Part shown: positions 1 to 12,673 of the stretch, in pieces | Position numbering within the stretch: position 1 is the stretch's first letter | Layout of the letters: every line of letters begins with the position of its first letter | Source of the DNA: Chiloscyllium plagiosum | Lineage: Eukaryota | Reading direction: 5' to 3' | NCBI RefSeq assembly: GCF_004010195.1 | Contig: NC_057751.1 | Span: 5,325,223-5,389,222 of the forward strand | DNA: 64,000 bases | Notes under the pieces: model-generated | Told to the model about the DNA's origin: nothing | Seen by the model: only the letters and a program-made list of their open reading frames with translations | Database searches by the model: none | Made by a program: the position numbers and the translations under genes

Positions 1-269
1 TCACAGGGTGTGGGTGACCCTCTGGTCATTCTGTGTCACAGGGTGTGGGTGACCCTCTGGTCATTCTGTGTCACAGGGAGTGAGTGACCCCCAGGTCATT
101 CTGTGTCACAGGGAGTGAGTGACCCTCTGGTCATTCTATATCACAGGGTGTGAGTGACCCTCTGGTCATTCTATATCACAGGGTGTGGGTGATTCTCTGG
201 TCATTCTGTGTCACAGGGAGTGAGTGACCCCCAGGTCATTCTGTGTCACAGGGAGTGAGTGACCCTCTG
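1..269. repeat. 35-bp tandem minisatellite (TCACAGGGTGTGGGTGACCCTCTGGTCATTCTGTG), ~7.7 copies, runs off the window start
   Basis: Head-to-tail units with a few substitutions and no unique spacers. Confidence 0.95.
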
Positions 270-608
270 TAAATGTGTGTCATTGTCTTTTTATATCGTA
301 TACAGTTCACTTTGATCGCCTCGTCTCCTCACCTCTTGTGGCTATAAGCCTAACCTGCTCAATGTCTCAATAAGTTGAGCCTCCCCCCTCTGCAATGAAC
401 CTGGAGTGATCCTTCCCAAACTGTCTGCGGTGAGATGCTATCCTTCCCCCTGTAAGGGGATTGAAGCTGTCAGAATACAGATTTGAGTGAGATGTACTGG
501 ATTTTGTAAGGAATTGATAGGGGGATGGAATGAGAGACTTGCATCTGGTGGAGAGATTTTGGATACGTTTGGTCAGACATCATGTTGGAGTCAGACTGCT
601 CAGGAGAC

Positions 609-940
609 ATTGAGTTGTACAGTACGGAAACAGACCCTTCGTCCAACTCGTCCATGCTGACCAAATATCCCAAATTCCTCTAGTCCCACTTGCCAGCACC
701 TTGTCCAGATCCCTCTAAACCCTTCCTATTCATATACCCATCCAGATGGCTTTTAAATGTTGTCATTGTACCAGCCTCCACCACTTCCTCTGACAGCTCA
801 TTCCATACACGTACCACCCTCTGTGTGAAAAAGTTGCCCCTTAGGTCTCTTTTATATCTTTCCCCTCTCACCTTTAACCTCTAGTTCTGGACCCCACTAC
901 CGTGGGCTATTCACTGTCTCCATGCCCCTGATGATGAGGT
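609..940 (-). mobile_element. CR1-like LINE 3' fragment
   Basis: Minus ORF RDLRGNFFTQRVVRVWNELSEEVVEAG is a typical CR1 ORF2 C-terminus, followed by 3'UTR; ends approximate. Confidence 0.85.
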
Positions 941-1861
941 GACTGGTATAGGAAGCAGCATTTTCCACAAGACCAGGTCAGAATGCTTGCAGGGATCAGA
1001 CACTTGGAGCAGCTGAACCCTGGAGAGGAGAAGGCGAAGGAGGGGACAGGCTGAGCCAACAGCGAGAAATTATTCCCGTCTGTTAAAGCATCAACAACGA
1101 GATGGCGCGGGTTGAAAGCATTTTGCAAAAGAAGCAAGTGCAGGGTGAGAATGAAAGGTGTTTCACTCAGCAACTGGCAAGAGTCTGTGTGGAACTGTGA
1201 TCGAAGCAGATTCAAGAGCAGTGCTTGGACTGATTCACAAAATATCCAGACAATGACACACTGTCACCATGCTCACTTGGATAGCAGGGTGTAGCCACAA
1301 TGGGCTGAATGGCCTCCTCAGTCAGTGTAATGGTTTTGTGAATCCGGAAGGCAGCGATAGGGTGAGTGGCCACAGTCTTTTCCCCAGGGGTGGGCTAGTC
1401 TAAGGCTAGAGGGCATGGGGAGAAAGTTTTGAAGGGCTGTCCTTTACATACAGAGAGTGGGGTGTGGATGGAACGGACTGTCTGGGAGCTGGTGTCACTG
1501 GGGACAGGAAAACATTTCACAGGCTCCGCTGCAGTCACAAGGATGGGATAGGGAAATGGACCAGCCAACAGCTTGGTGTGGACTGGTTCAGCTTCAGAAA
1601 CTGGGCTGGCATAGACGGGTCGGGTCAAAGGGCCTGTTTCTGTGCTGTGTCCCTCAGTGACTCCATGTTTGAAGGGTGTGGAAACGAGACTGGTGTAAAA
1701 GGATCATATGATCTGAATGAACTCGCTCGAGGGGACGAATGGCCTCTGCCCTTGTCTGAAATTTCTCAATGTGTCATTGGATGGTCAGCAAACTCCAAAG
1801 CTCTTCGTGTCTTGGATACGGGCTTGTTCTTGATGCTTTGGAAGCCTACCATTCCGGAGAA

Positions 1862-2083
1862 TTAGATTAGATTAGTTACAGTGTGGAAACAGGACCTTTG
1901 GCCCAATAAGTCCACACCGACCCTCCAAAGAGCAACCCACCCAGACCCATTCCCCTACACCGAACACGATGGGCAATTTAGCATGGCCAATTCACCTAAC
2001 CTGCACATTTTTAGTCTGTGGGAGGAAACCGGAGCACGGGTCTGTGGTGCTGTGAGGCAGCAGTGCTAACCACTGTGCTGCCC
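1862..2083 (-). mobile_element. HE1-type (V-SINE) tRNA-derived SINE, internally deleted
   Basis: Reverse complement of the GCACAGTGGTTAGCACTGCTGCCTCACAG head and (TCTAA)n tail; matches the other copies in the window. Confidence 0.85.
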
Positions 2084-2214
2084 TCGTTCCAGAGAGAGAG
2101 AGGCTATTGGGCCGATGTTAATCTTTCAGAGTAATTGCACCTCCCGAGTCCTGGCTTCAGACTGGAAGGTTTTGCTGGATTGCTAATTGCTGCTTTTCTC
2201 TCCCTGGTGAACAG

Positions 2215-2275
2215 ATCCTGAAGAAATCCTGCATTGAGATTTTGGCTGCAGAACCATCAAGTATCTGTGCTGGAG
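2215..2275 (+). CDS. ANTXR1: ANTXR1-like coding exon (~human exon 9): [20 protein letters not shown]
   Basis: acag|ATC...GGAG|gtaag, 61 bp; near-identical to recalled human [20 protein letters not shown]. Confidence 0.95.
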
Positions 2276-3744
2276 GTAAGCAGTTACAAGCCAACTCCAG
2301 ACACACTAAATATTCTCCTTTCTGGAGACCCAAGCCAGTTTAGTTCCTCCCCTTCGGGATGTTTCATTCCAATCAGAAAGTTTCCATTCTGCAGGAACAA
2401 CAGAATTCCTATGAAAGAGAAGTGGGAGAGGGAAAAGGAGGTGGGATAGATAGTTTTCCAAAAGATCCGGTGTGGACTCAAGGGGGCCTGGGGGCTGATC
2501 TGCTCGCTTTGGGATGATGTGGACTGACACGCTCACTGGGCCTCAGGATGAGTTACCCCACTGTCCACACGGCTCTGTAGAATCAAACATGGACCTGCAT
2601 TCGCGTAGCTGCCTTGATTGTCAGCATTCTTCTGGTCAAGCAGAGGTGTCACATTGAGCCAGAGATGTCATAGCACCGCCCCCCCCACCCCCCCATCAGA
2701 GGCTTGCTCCAAGGGGTAGGTTTTGAGGAGTGTGTTGAAGTAGGGGAGTGAGGTGGGACCAATAGCAGGGAGGTGGATGGAGAGTTTTCCACTGTTTGCA
2801 GCCCAGGCAGCTGAAGGTACGGTTACCGATGGGAGACGATTGCAAGTCAGGGAGATGGGAGAGGCCAGAGTTCAACCAGTGCAGATATCTCTCAGGCTTG
2901 GGAAGGTTGGAGGGACTTGCAGAGACTGACGGATGGCTTTGACAGTATGAAGGAGCGTTATCTAACTGAGATTTCTGGTTGACTCAGACCCTTTATCCAC
3001 TCAGTGCTGGGAAATGTCAGTGGTCCCACAGATGAGGGAGTGAACTGAGCCAACCTCAGCCCCCAACTGCAGGATCCCAACAGTGGCTGTCAGGAACATT
3101 ACCTCACACTCACGTGTCACTTCCAATCCCACCAAACTATCCAGAAGCTGGTCTAGCAAAGAAGTATCCCTGTGAGGACTTGCTCACTGACACAAGCTTG
3201 TAGCCAAGTGAGAGAGAGAGCTGAGGCCATCCCTGCGATTGATTCTGCTGTTGTACGAAATGGAAGCTATCCAAATGGATTGACTGTAAAACATCATCAT
3301 GGCAGTGCATCTTGCCAATGGCCAGCTGTTGCTTGAGAATGTAGTACAGCACTTAAATGGAAATGAGTGAACACGTGCTCAGTTTTTCCCTCTCCAACAT
3401 TTCTGTTCACTGCATCCATCAGCTGAACCCAGCCGTCATCCTCACCATTCCCCTGCTGTTTTGCCTCTGGCCTTGCTCAACACCAACACTGCTTCCTGTT
3501 CAGTTTTTAACATCCCGCCCTGATTGTCATATCCCTTGGCTGCCCTTGTCCCCTTGTGGAACTTTGCACTGTCTCCATCTCTGTCTTCCCCAACTGTCTC
3601 AGATCTCTGCTTTTCTCCAATTCACTCACTGCACCTTCAGCAACCAAATCCAATGGCAGTTCCTCCAGAAATGTCTCTGCCTCTTTCTCCGTCTTTAAGG
3701 CCCCATATGAAACCCATCCCTTGCTCCATCTTACCTCATTTTTG

Positions 3745-4118
3745 GCTGGATAGGCCGGGACTTTTCTCCCTGGAGTGTAGGAGGCTGAGGGGTGACCTTA
3801 TCGAGGTTTCTAAATTCATGAGGGGCAATGTCAGGTGTCTTTTCAATGGGGTGGGGGGATTTCAAGACGACGGGGTATATTTGTCAGGTGAGAGGAGAGA
3901 GATTTAAAAACATGAGGGGCAATTATTTCACACAGAGAGTGGTTTGTTTGTGGAGTGAACATCCTGAGGAAGTGGTGGCTGTGGGTACATTTACAATGTT
4001 TAAAAGACATTTGGATAAGTTCATGAATAAGAAATATTTGGAGGTATATGGGCTAGGAGTAGGCAGCTGGGACCAGTTGAGTTTGGGGCGAAGGGTCTGT
4101 TTCTGTGCTATATGACTC
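3745..4118 (+). mobile_element. CR1-like LINE 3' fragment
   Basis: GLFSLECRRLRGDLIEV and YFTQRVVCLW motifs with frameshifts. Confidence 0.85.
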
Positions 4119-4462
4119 TTTGGCTTTGTGTCTCGATCAGTCTGAGGGGTAAAAAAGCAAGACAAATCAAACTAAATGAGCCAAGTTGATGTTATAAATG
4201 CCCTGAAAGTCAATGCCTCAGATATTGGAAAGGCGTGCACTGGCTTTATTTAAGTGCACAGTGTGACTCTTGCTCCAGTTTGAGAAATCCCGCAGTGCAG
4301 AGGGAACTCGGGAAGGATGATCTCTCGGGTGTACTGTCCCTGTGCTTTGACAGTGGAAGTATGGGCGACAGGCGACAGCAAGCATTACATATCCCAGTGT
4401 CTGGGCATTGTGACAGAAAAGAAAGGAGCTGTGACAAAGGCAGGACTGCATGATTTTCCAAG

Positions 4463-7400
4463 CAGTGCACACTCAGGGAGAGTGCACACTCAGGGACAGT
4501 GCACACAGAGGGACAGTGCACACTCAGGGACAGTGCACACTCAGGGACAGAGCACACTCAGGGACAGTGTACACCAAGGGAGAGTGCACACTCAGGGACA
4601 GTGCACACCGAGGGACAGTGCACACTCTGGGACAGGGCACACCGAGGGACAATGCACACTCAGGGACAGTGCACACTCAGGGACAGTGTACACTCAGAGT
4701 CAGTGCACACCGAGGGACAGTGCACACCAAGGGAGAGTGCACACTCAGGGATAGTGCACACCGAGGGACAGTGCACCCTCAGGGACAGTGCACCCTCAGG
4801 GACAGTGCACACCGAGGGACAGTGCACACTCAGGTACAGTGCACACTGAGGGACAGTGCACACTGAGGGACAGTGCACACCGAGGGACAGTGGACACTGA
4901 GGGACAGTGCACACTGAGGGACAGTGCACACTCATGGACAGTGCACACCGAGGGACAGTGCACACTCAGGGACAGTGCACACCGAGGTACAGTGCACACT
5001 CAGGGTCAGTGCACACTCAGGGACAGTGCACACCGAGGGACAGTGTACACTGAGGGACAGTGCATACTCAGGGACAGTGTACACTCAGGGACTGTGCACA
5101 CCGAGGGAGAGTGCACACTCAGGGACAGTGCACACCAAGGGACAGTGCACACTGAGAGACAGTGCACACCGAGGGACAGTGCACACTCAGGGACAGTGCA
5201 CACCGAGGGACAGTGCACACTCAGGGAGAGTGCACCCTCAGGGACAGTGCACACTCAGGGACAGTGCACCCTCAGGGACAGGGCACACCGAGGGACAGTG
5301 CACACTCAGGGACAGTGCACACTCAGGGACAGTGCACACCGAGGGACAGTGCACACTCAGGGACAGTGCACTCTGAGGGACAGTGCACACTCAGGGTCAG
5401 TGCACACTCAGGGACAGTGCACACCGAGGGACACTGTACACTGAGGGACAGTGCATACTCAGGGACAGTGTACACTCAGGGACAGTGCACACCGAGGGAC
5501 AGTGCACACTCAGGGACAGTGCACACCGAGGGACAGTGCACACCCAGGGACAGTGCACACCGAGGGAGAGTGCACACTCAGGGACAGTGCACACTCAGGG
5601 ACAATGCACACCGACGGACAGTGTACACTCAGGGACAGTGCACACCGAGGGACAGTGTACACTCCGAGGGACAGTGTACACTCAGGGACAGTGCACACGT
5701 AGGTACAGTGCACACTCAGGGACAGTGCACACTCAGGAACAGAGCACCCCGAGGGACAGTGCACACTCAGGGACAGTGCACACTCGGGGACAGTGCCCCC
5801 TCAGGGACAGTGCACATCGAGGGACAGTGCACACCGACGGACAGTGTACACTCAGGGACAGTGCACACCGAGGGACAGTGCACAGTCAGGGACAGTGCAC
5901 ACTGAGAGACAGTGCACACCGAGGGACAGTGTACACTCAGGGACAGTGCACACCGAGGGACAGTGCACACTCAGGGACAGTGCACACTCAGGGACAGTGC
6001 ACACTGAGAGACAGTGCACACCGAGGGACAGTGCACACTCAGGGACAGTGCACACTCAGGGACAATGCACACTGAGGGACAGTACACGCTCAGGGACCGT
6101 GCACACTGAGCAGTGCACACTCAGGGAGAGTGCACACCGAGGGACAGTGCACCCTCAGGGACCGTGCACACTCAGGGACAGTGCACACTGAGGGACAATG
6201 CACACTCAGGGACAGTGCACACTCAGGGATAGTGCCCCCTCAGAGAGAGTGCACACTCAGGGACAGTGCACACCGAGAGACAGTGCACACTCAGGGACAG
6301 TGCACACCGAGGGACAGTGCACACTGAGAGACAGTGCACACCGAGGGACAGCGCACACTCAGGGACAGTGCCCACTCAGGGAGAGTGCACACCGAGGGAC
6401 AGTGCACACTCAGGGACAGTGCACACTCAGGGACAATGCACACTCAGGGACAGTGCACACCGAGGGACAGTGCACACTCAGGGACAGTGCACATTAAGGG
6501 ACAGTACACACTGAGGGACAGTGCACGCTCAGGGACCGTGCACACTGAGGGACAGCGCACACTCAGGGACAGTGCCCACTCAGGGAGAGTGCACACCGAG
6601 GGACAGTGCACACTCAGGGACAGTGCACATCGAGGGACAGTGCACCCTCAGAGACCGTGCACGCTCAGGGACAGTGCACACTGAGGGACAGTGCACACTC
6701 AGGGACAGTGCACACTGAGGGATAGTGCACACCGAGGGACAGTGCACACTCAGGGACAGTGCACCCTCAGGGACAGTGCACCCTCAGGGAGAGTGCACAC
6801 TCAGGGAGAGTGCACACCGAGGGACAGTGCACACTCAGGGACAGTGCATGCTCACGGACAGTGCACCCTCAGGGACAGTGCACACCGAGGGACAGTGCAC
6901 ACTCAGGGACAGTGCACACTGAGGGACAGTGCACACTCAGGGACAGTGCACACCGAGGGACAGTGCACACTCAGGGACAGTGCACCCTCAGTGACAGTGC
7001 ACCCTCAGGGAGAGTGCACACTCAGGGAGAGTGCACACCGAGGGTCAGTGCACACTGAGGGACAGTGCACGCTCAGGGACAGTGCACCCTCAGGGACAGT
7101 GCACACCGAGGGACAGTGCACACTCAAGGACAGTGCACACTCAGGGACAGTGCACACTGAGGGACAGTGCACACTCAGGGACAATGCACACTCAGGGACA
7201 GTGCACACCGAGGGACAGTCCACACACAGGGACAGTGCACATTGAGGGACAGTGCACACCGAGGGACAGTGCACGCTCAGGGACAGTGCACACTCAGGGA
7301 GAGTGCACACTGAGGGACAGTGCACACCGAGGGACAGTGCACACTCAGGGACAGTGCACACTGAGGGACAGTGCACACTCAGGGACAGTGCACACTCAGG

Positions 7401-9083
7401 GAGAGTGCACACCGAGGGACAGTGCACACTCAGGGACAGTGCAACTGAGGGACAGTGCACACTCAGGGACAGTGCACACTGAGGGACAGTGCACACTCAG
7501 GGACAGTGCACCCTCAGGGACAGTGCACACTCAGGGAGAGTGCACACTGAGGGACAGTGCACACTGAGGGACAGTGCACACTCAGGGAGAGTGCACACCG
7601 AGGGACAGTGCACACTCAGGGACAGTGCACACTGAGGGACAGTGCACACTCAGGGACAGTGCACACTGAGGGACAGTGCACACTCAGGGACAGTGCACAT
7701 CGAGGGACAGTGTACACTCTGGGACAGTGCACACTGAGGGACAGTGCACACCGAGGGACAGTGCACACCGAGGGACAGTTTACACTCTGGGACAGTGCAC
7801 ACTCGGGGACAGGGCACACCGAGGGACAGTGCACACCGAGGGACAGTGCACACCGAGGGACAGTGCACACTGAGGGACAGTGCACACCGAGGGACAGTGC
7901 ACACTCAGGGACAGTGCACACTCAGGGACAGTGCACACCGAGGGACAGTGCACACCGAGGGACAGTGTACACTCTGGGACAGTGCACACTCAGGAACAGT
8001 CCACTACACTCTGGGACAGTGCACACTCAGGAACAGTCCACACCGAGGGACAGTGCACACTGAGGGACAGTGCACACCGAGGGACAGTGCTCACTGAGGG
8101 ACAGTGCACACCGAGGGACAGTGCACACTCAGGGACAGTGCACACCGAGGGACAGTGCACACCGAGGGACAGTGCACTCTCAGGAAGTGTGCACCCTCGG
8201 GGACAGTGCACACTCAGGGAGAGTGCACCCTCAGGGACAGAGCACACTCAGGGACAGTGCACACTGAGGGACAGTGCACACCGAGGGACAGTGCACACCG
8301 AGAGACAGTGCACACTCAGGGACAGTGCACACTGAGGGACAGTGCACCCTCAGGGACAGTGCACACTCAGGCACAGTGCACACCGAGGGACAGTGCACAC
8401 TCAGGGACAGTGCACACTCAGGCACAGTGCACACCGAGGGACAGTGTACACTCTGGGACAGTGCACACTCGGGGACAGGGCACTCCGAGGGACAGTGCAC
8501 CCTCAGGGACAGTTCACACCGAGGGACAGTGCACACTGAGGGACAGTGCACACCGAGGGACAGTGCACACTCAGGGACAGTGCACACTGAGGGACAGTGC
8601 ACACCGAGGGACAGTGCACACCGAGGGACAGTGCACACTCGGGGACAGGGCACTCCGAGGGACAGTGCACCCTCAGGGACAGTGCACACCGAGGGACAGT
8701 GCACACTGAGGGACAGTGCACCCTCAGGGACAGTGCACACTTAGGGACAGTGCACACCGAGGGACAGTGCACACTGAGGGACAGTGCACACTCAGGGACA
8801 GTGTACACTGAGGGACAGTGCACACTCAGGGACAGTGCACACTCAGGGACAGAGCACACTCAGGGACAGTGCACACCGAGGGACAGTGGACACTGAGGGA
8901 CAGTGCACACCGAGGGACAGTGCACACTGAGGGACAGTGCACACTCAGGGACAGTGCACACTTAGGGACAGTGCACACCGAGGGATAGTGCACACTCAGG
9001 GACAGTGCACACCGAGGGACAGTGCACACTGAGGGACAGTGCACACTGAGGGACAGTGCACACTGAGGGACAATGCACACCGA
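4463..9083. repeat. 17-bp tandem satellite, consensus CAGTGCACAC(TC/CG/TG)AGGGA, ~270 copies
   Basis: Directly visible ~4.6 kb array; explains all the repetitive ORFs between 4.3 and 9.1 kb. Confidence 0.98.
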
Positions 9084-9229
9084 TTCGTCCAGCCGTGTGG
9101 TAGTAGCCCACGTCCAGCCCAACAGTGATTCCTTTGTTCCAGAGGAGATGGTATGGGAGAGGACAAGGACAGCTGAGTCAGGTAACCTCTCCATTGGAGT
9201 ACTGGAATTGGGACAAACCCCCCCCAAAA

Positions 9230-9950
9230 AAGGAGTCCAGTGTTTCAGGAACATATTGGTGTAGTGGGGGGGCAGGAGGCAGAAGATGGAGTACAGATGG
9301 AGGTTGGTGCTTGTAATGATGGGAGGATATGGATGTGGGAATCCAGCTCAGACTCAGGGACTTGGTGCTGAAGCCAGGGAATGGAACAAAAAATGGGGCC
9401 AGAGTTTGCAGCTTGGACCAAGACTGAGGAACATGGCCTTTGGTTCTCCCTGCTTCAGGAGGAAATTGTGCCTCATCCAGAAGTGGGCCCGAAACCATGT
9501 GCCAATGCAGAGAGGTGGGAGTAGGTATCATCTGCCAGAGACCTGTAGGTAGCGTGGGGAATGGGCGAAAGGAAGAGGCGAACAACTACCTGATAGGTAT
9601 TGGGGGGTGGGGGGTGGGGTGGGGGGGCAGAGGAGGTGACATGGTGGTCACCCCACCGGATCAATGATCACCTTCTGGTGGAGTCTGCGAGAAGGAGCTC
9701 GCCCAGTGGTGACCCCCCCTAGCGACTGTTCATTGTTTAGTTTCCAGGGCCATCCAATTTGTTCACGTCCACGAGGGAGGGAAAGGTACCATCCTTGCCC
9801 AGTCTGACCCACAGCACCTGCAGGCTGGGGACACACAGGGCAGACAAGAGCAAGCTACAGGGGTGTGGGCATTGCGAAGGAGGGGGTGGTGGTGGTTGTG
9901 GTCTCAGAGAGGGGTGGGGGACATTTACCAAGTCAGGACTCCACCAGCCT
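9230..9950 (+). mobile_element. Possible decayed L1/Tx1-type ORF1 (ZCCHC3-like zinc-knuckle) relic
   Basis: Frameshifted fragments FRNILV, GRERY, TCRLGTH, CGHCEGGG, CGL..GHL occur in the order expected for this family; weak, by-eye similarity. Confidence 0.3.
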
Positions 9951-10917
9951 ACCCCATTGATGGTGCACTGTCAGGATACTGAAGCACCCCTGAGATTACT
10001 GCCTCCCTCCCATTGATGTTGGGGATAGTGACAGGTCTGTAACTGTCCCAGTTTAGGCAAGGACTTGTGGCTTGTGCAACAGTCTCTGCTCAGCTCCAGA
10101 GAAGTAACCCGACTGTTTTCTCACCTACAAAACCAGCAACTGTCCTGAAGTGATTGGGGGAGGGGGGGGACCATTGCTGTAGAGGAACTTGGAGGCTCCA
10201 CATCCTGGTGCATAATGCAGAGTGTCTTTATAGATGACCCTGGAGCCTTCAGAGCCTGATGGGAGCAGCGTTACACAGAGGCTCCTCATCACTAACAGTA
10301 ACTTGCAGCATTTCTGGGACAAGGATATCTGTTGTAGCCTTGTGCACAGTCAACCTTACCAGTCATGATGTCAGGGCTTGGATTTTACTCCAACTCCTTG
10401 CCTTTTGCTAACATGATGACAGCAATGAGTGAATTGAAAACAGAGACGGCAGAATAAGATTTGGTAGGCGTGTGATCCAAAAGCTGCTTTCCATCAGGGA
10501 CTTCTAATTTTTTTGGAATTGGAATAGAAAACAGCTCAGACCATTGGCCACACTTGAGGTAATTTAATCCACCAGCTCTGACAGAAGACCATGGTGCATT
10601 CCAAAGACTATACATTTGGGGTTGGTTTGGGTGAATCAGCTCAGTGCTGAGATTCCGGTTTCTCATCACTGGAATATCTTGAGGTCGTGTTACCTGAGCA
10701 GGGAGGACCCCTGTGCTGTCCAAGCTAACAGCAGCAATACAATGGGGTCCAGGGTGTGTTCGTAGCCCAGAGAACATTGTCCCTACTTCAACCGGATCTG
10801 GGGATTACACGCAGCGTGGGTTGGTGGGCACGTGTGACACCACACTGACTGGTAATCCAGTGACTCAATTCATTTGCACCTGGGACTTCTCTTAACCTGG
10901 CATTTTCTATTCTGCAG

Positions 10918-11016
10918 AAACATTCCAGGTCGTTGTGAAGGGGAATGGATTTTCCCACGCTCGTAGTGTGGACAAAGTACGCTGCAGTTTCAAAATCAAC
11001 GACACGGTGACCCTCA
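10918..11016 (+). CDS. ANTXR1: ANTXR1-like exon (~exon 10): [33 protein letters not shown]
   Basis: tgcag|AAA...CTCA|gtaagt, 99 bp, phase 1-1; Ig-like domain with NDT sequon. Confidence 0.95.
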
Positions 11017-11259
11017 GTAAGTATACCGCATGACCTCCAGGAAGGTCTTACTTTCGGCATGGTTTGGAGGGTGTGGGGGCGGTGTGAGGAATTAAGATCA
11101 TTTCAGGTGACTCCCCTCTGATTGAAATAACAAGTAACCATGTGCAAGCAAATGGCGTGGCTTTGCAAACTCTTCAACCTTGCCAAAGGGAGACCAGCTT
11201 TCGGTCATGCACTCAGCAGAAATAGGACACCAAAAACGAGACTTGGAGCAAGGGATGCA

Positions 11260-11460
11260 AACAGAAGTTGCCGGAAAAATCTCAGCAGGTCTGTCAGCAT
11301 CCATGTGGAGAGAAATCAGAGTTCACGTTTCGGGTCCTGTCATCCTTCCTCACAACTCACTCGAGCGGAAACGTGAACTCTGGTTTCTCTCCACACGGAT
11401 GCTCCCAGACCTGCTGAGATTTTTCCGGCAACTTCTGTTGTTGTCCCTGAATTCCAGCAC
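11260..11460. mobile_element. Fold-back Penelope-like pseudo-LTR fragment (72-bp inverted arms)
   Basis: 11260-11331 is the reverse complement of 11368-11439 with ~4 mismatches; GAAACGT motifs flank the loop. Confidence 0.75.
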
Positions 11461-12673
11461 CCACAGTTCTTTTGGTCTTTATTGAAGAAAGAGACACCGT
11501 TTCACACAGGATGAGAAGAGGGTGCTGATTGGTTGGGCCATCGTTGGCACTATGAGACAGTTAACTGTCAATCTTCATTCTCAGAGCAGGTTCTGATTGG
11601 TCAGAGTGTCGCTATGGCAGAGTTTGGCTGCCTCCATGTTGACTTGGTTTTTAAAAGAGCAATGTCAGGTGCAAATTGCTTTTCGTCTCCAAATGACAGG
11701 GTCCTGCCTGTCGATGCCTGAAATTCCACAGTGCCTCTGTGGTATGGGCTGCTGCTGAACCCACTTTGAAACACATTAGCTGGGTGCAGCTTCGATTTGA
11801 CGAGATCATGGTTGGGAAGGAGAGAAGAATTTGTGATGGATCCCTTTTCTTGCTTGCGACCAAATAAAGCAGGACTAGCAATCAAGGCTGAGGTGGGGAA
11901 GGGGTGGGAATGAAAGGGGATAGAACATCCCACCCCCCACTTCCTCCCAAGGGCACCCAACTGGACAGGTTCCAGCAACAACAGGGAGATCATTGCCCCC
12001 ATCCTGCACCTATCTGCTGCACGCAGACATTGTCCTGTCCAACAATTCCCGCAACACCGCCCCCTCAACTCTTCCTGACTCTACTGCGGTCAGACAGTAA
12101 CATCAGTTGAAGCACAGGCGAAGACCTCCACTGTATTATCCAGGGAGCTATATTTGCTCTGCTATCCTTCCATTTCTGGCTTCTGAGTGCCCCCTCATTC
12201 CTCTATCATCCACAGCCATGGGTTTGTTTGCCTGGGCCGTGAGCTCCCTCTCTAAACCTTTCCACCTCCATCCACATTGAAAGTGCCTGTGTGACTGACT
12301 ACCACCTTGTTGATCATGTCTGTCCAACCCCCTCAGCCGCCATGGGACATGGGTATAAGCTGGAGTTGTGGAAGCTTGTGACTGCATCACGTTGCTGTGT
12401 AAAGTTCACTGGGAGCTGTCAGGGAAGCCTCCCACCTCCTGACATTGTGATTTGGGTGAAAGATGTGGCCGTGTCAATGGGGATTTTGACAAAATATTGA
12501 GTGATTATGGTGATGTACATTGTATATGTGGATGTTCTGACAATGTGTATGGTGACATAAATGTATGTATGATGGAGATGATGAATTACATCATATATAT
12601 GGTGGCTGTGGTGATTTTGATGCTATCTGGGTCTTTGTGGTGATATGTTTAGTGATGTTGATTATATATGTAG

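Noticed and set aside
4317..9083. Dozens of His/Cys/Thr-rich ORFs (QGQCTLRDSAHSGTVHT; VHCPSVCTVPECALSLS)
   Set aside because: Translations of a 17-bp satellite in all frames and on both strands; no splice or protein-family evidence
1..9083. CRISPR-like appearance of the 35-bp and 17-bp repeats
   Set aside because: No unique spacers, no cas genes, vertebrate intron context
4463..9083. V(D)J recombination-signal heptamer similarity (ACAGTG)
   Set aside because: Units read GACAGTG, lacking the essential CAC, and no nonamer follows
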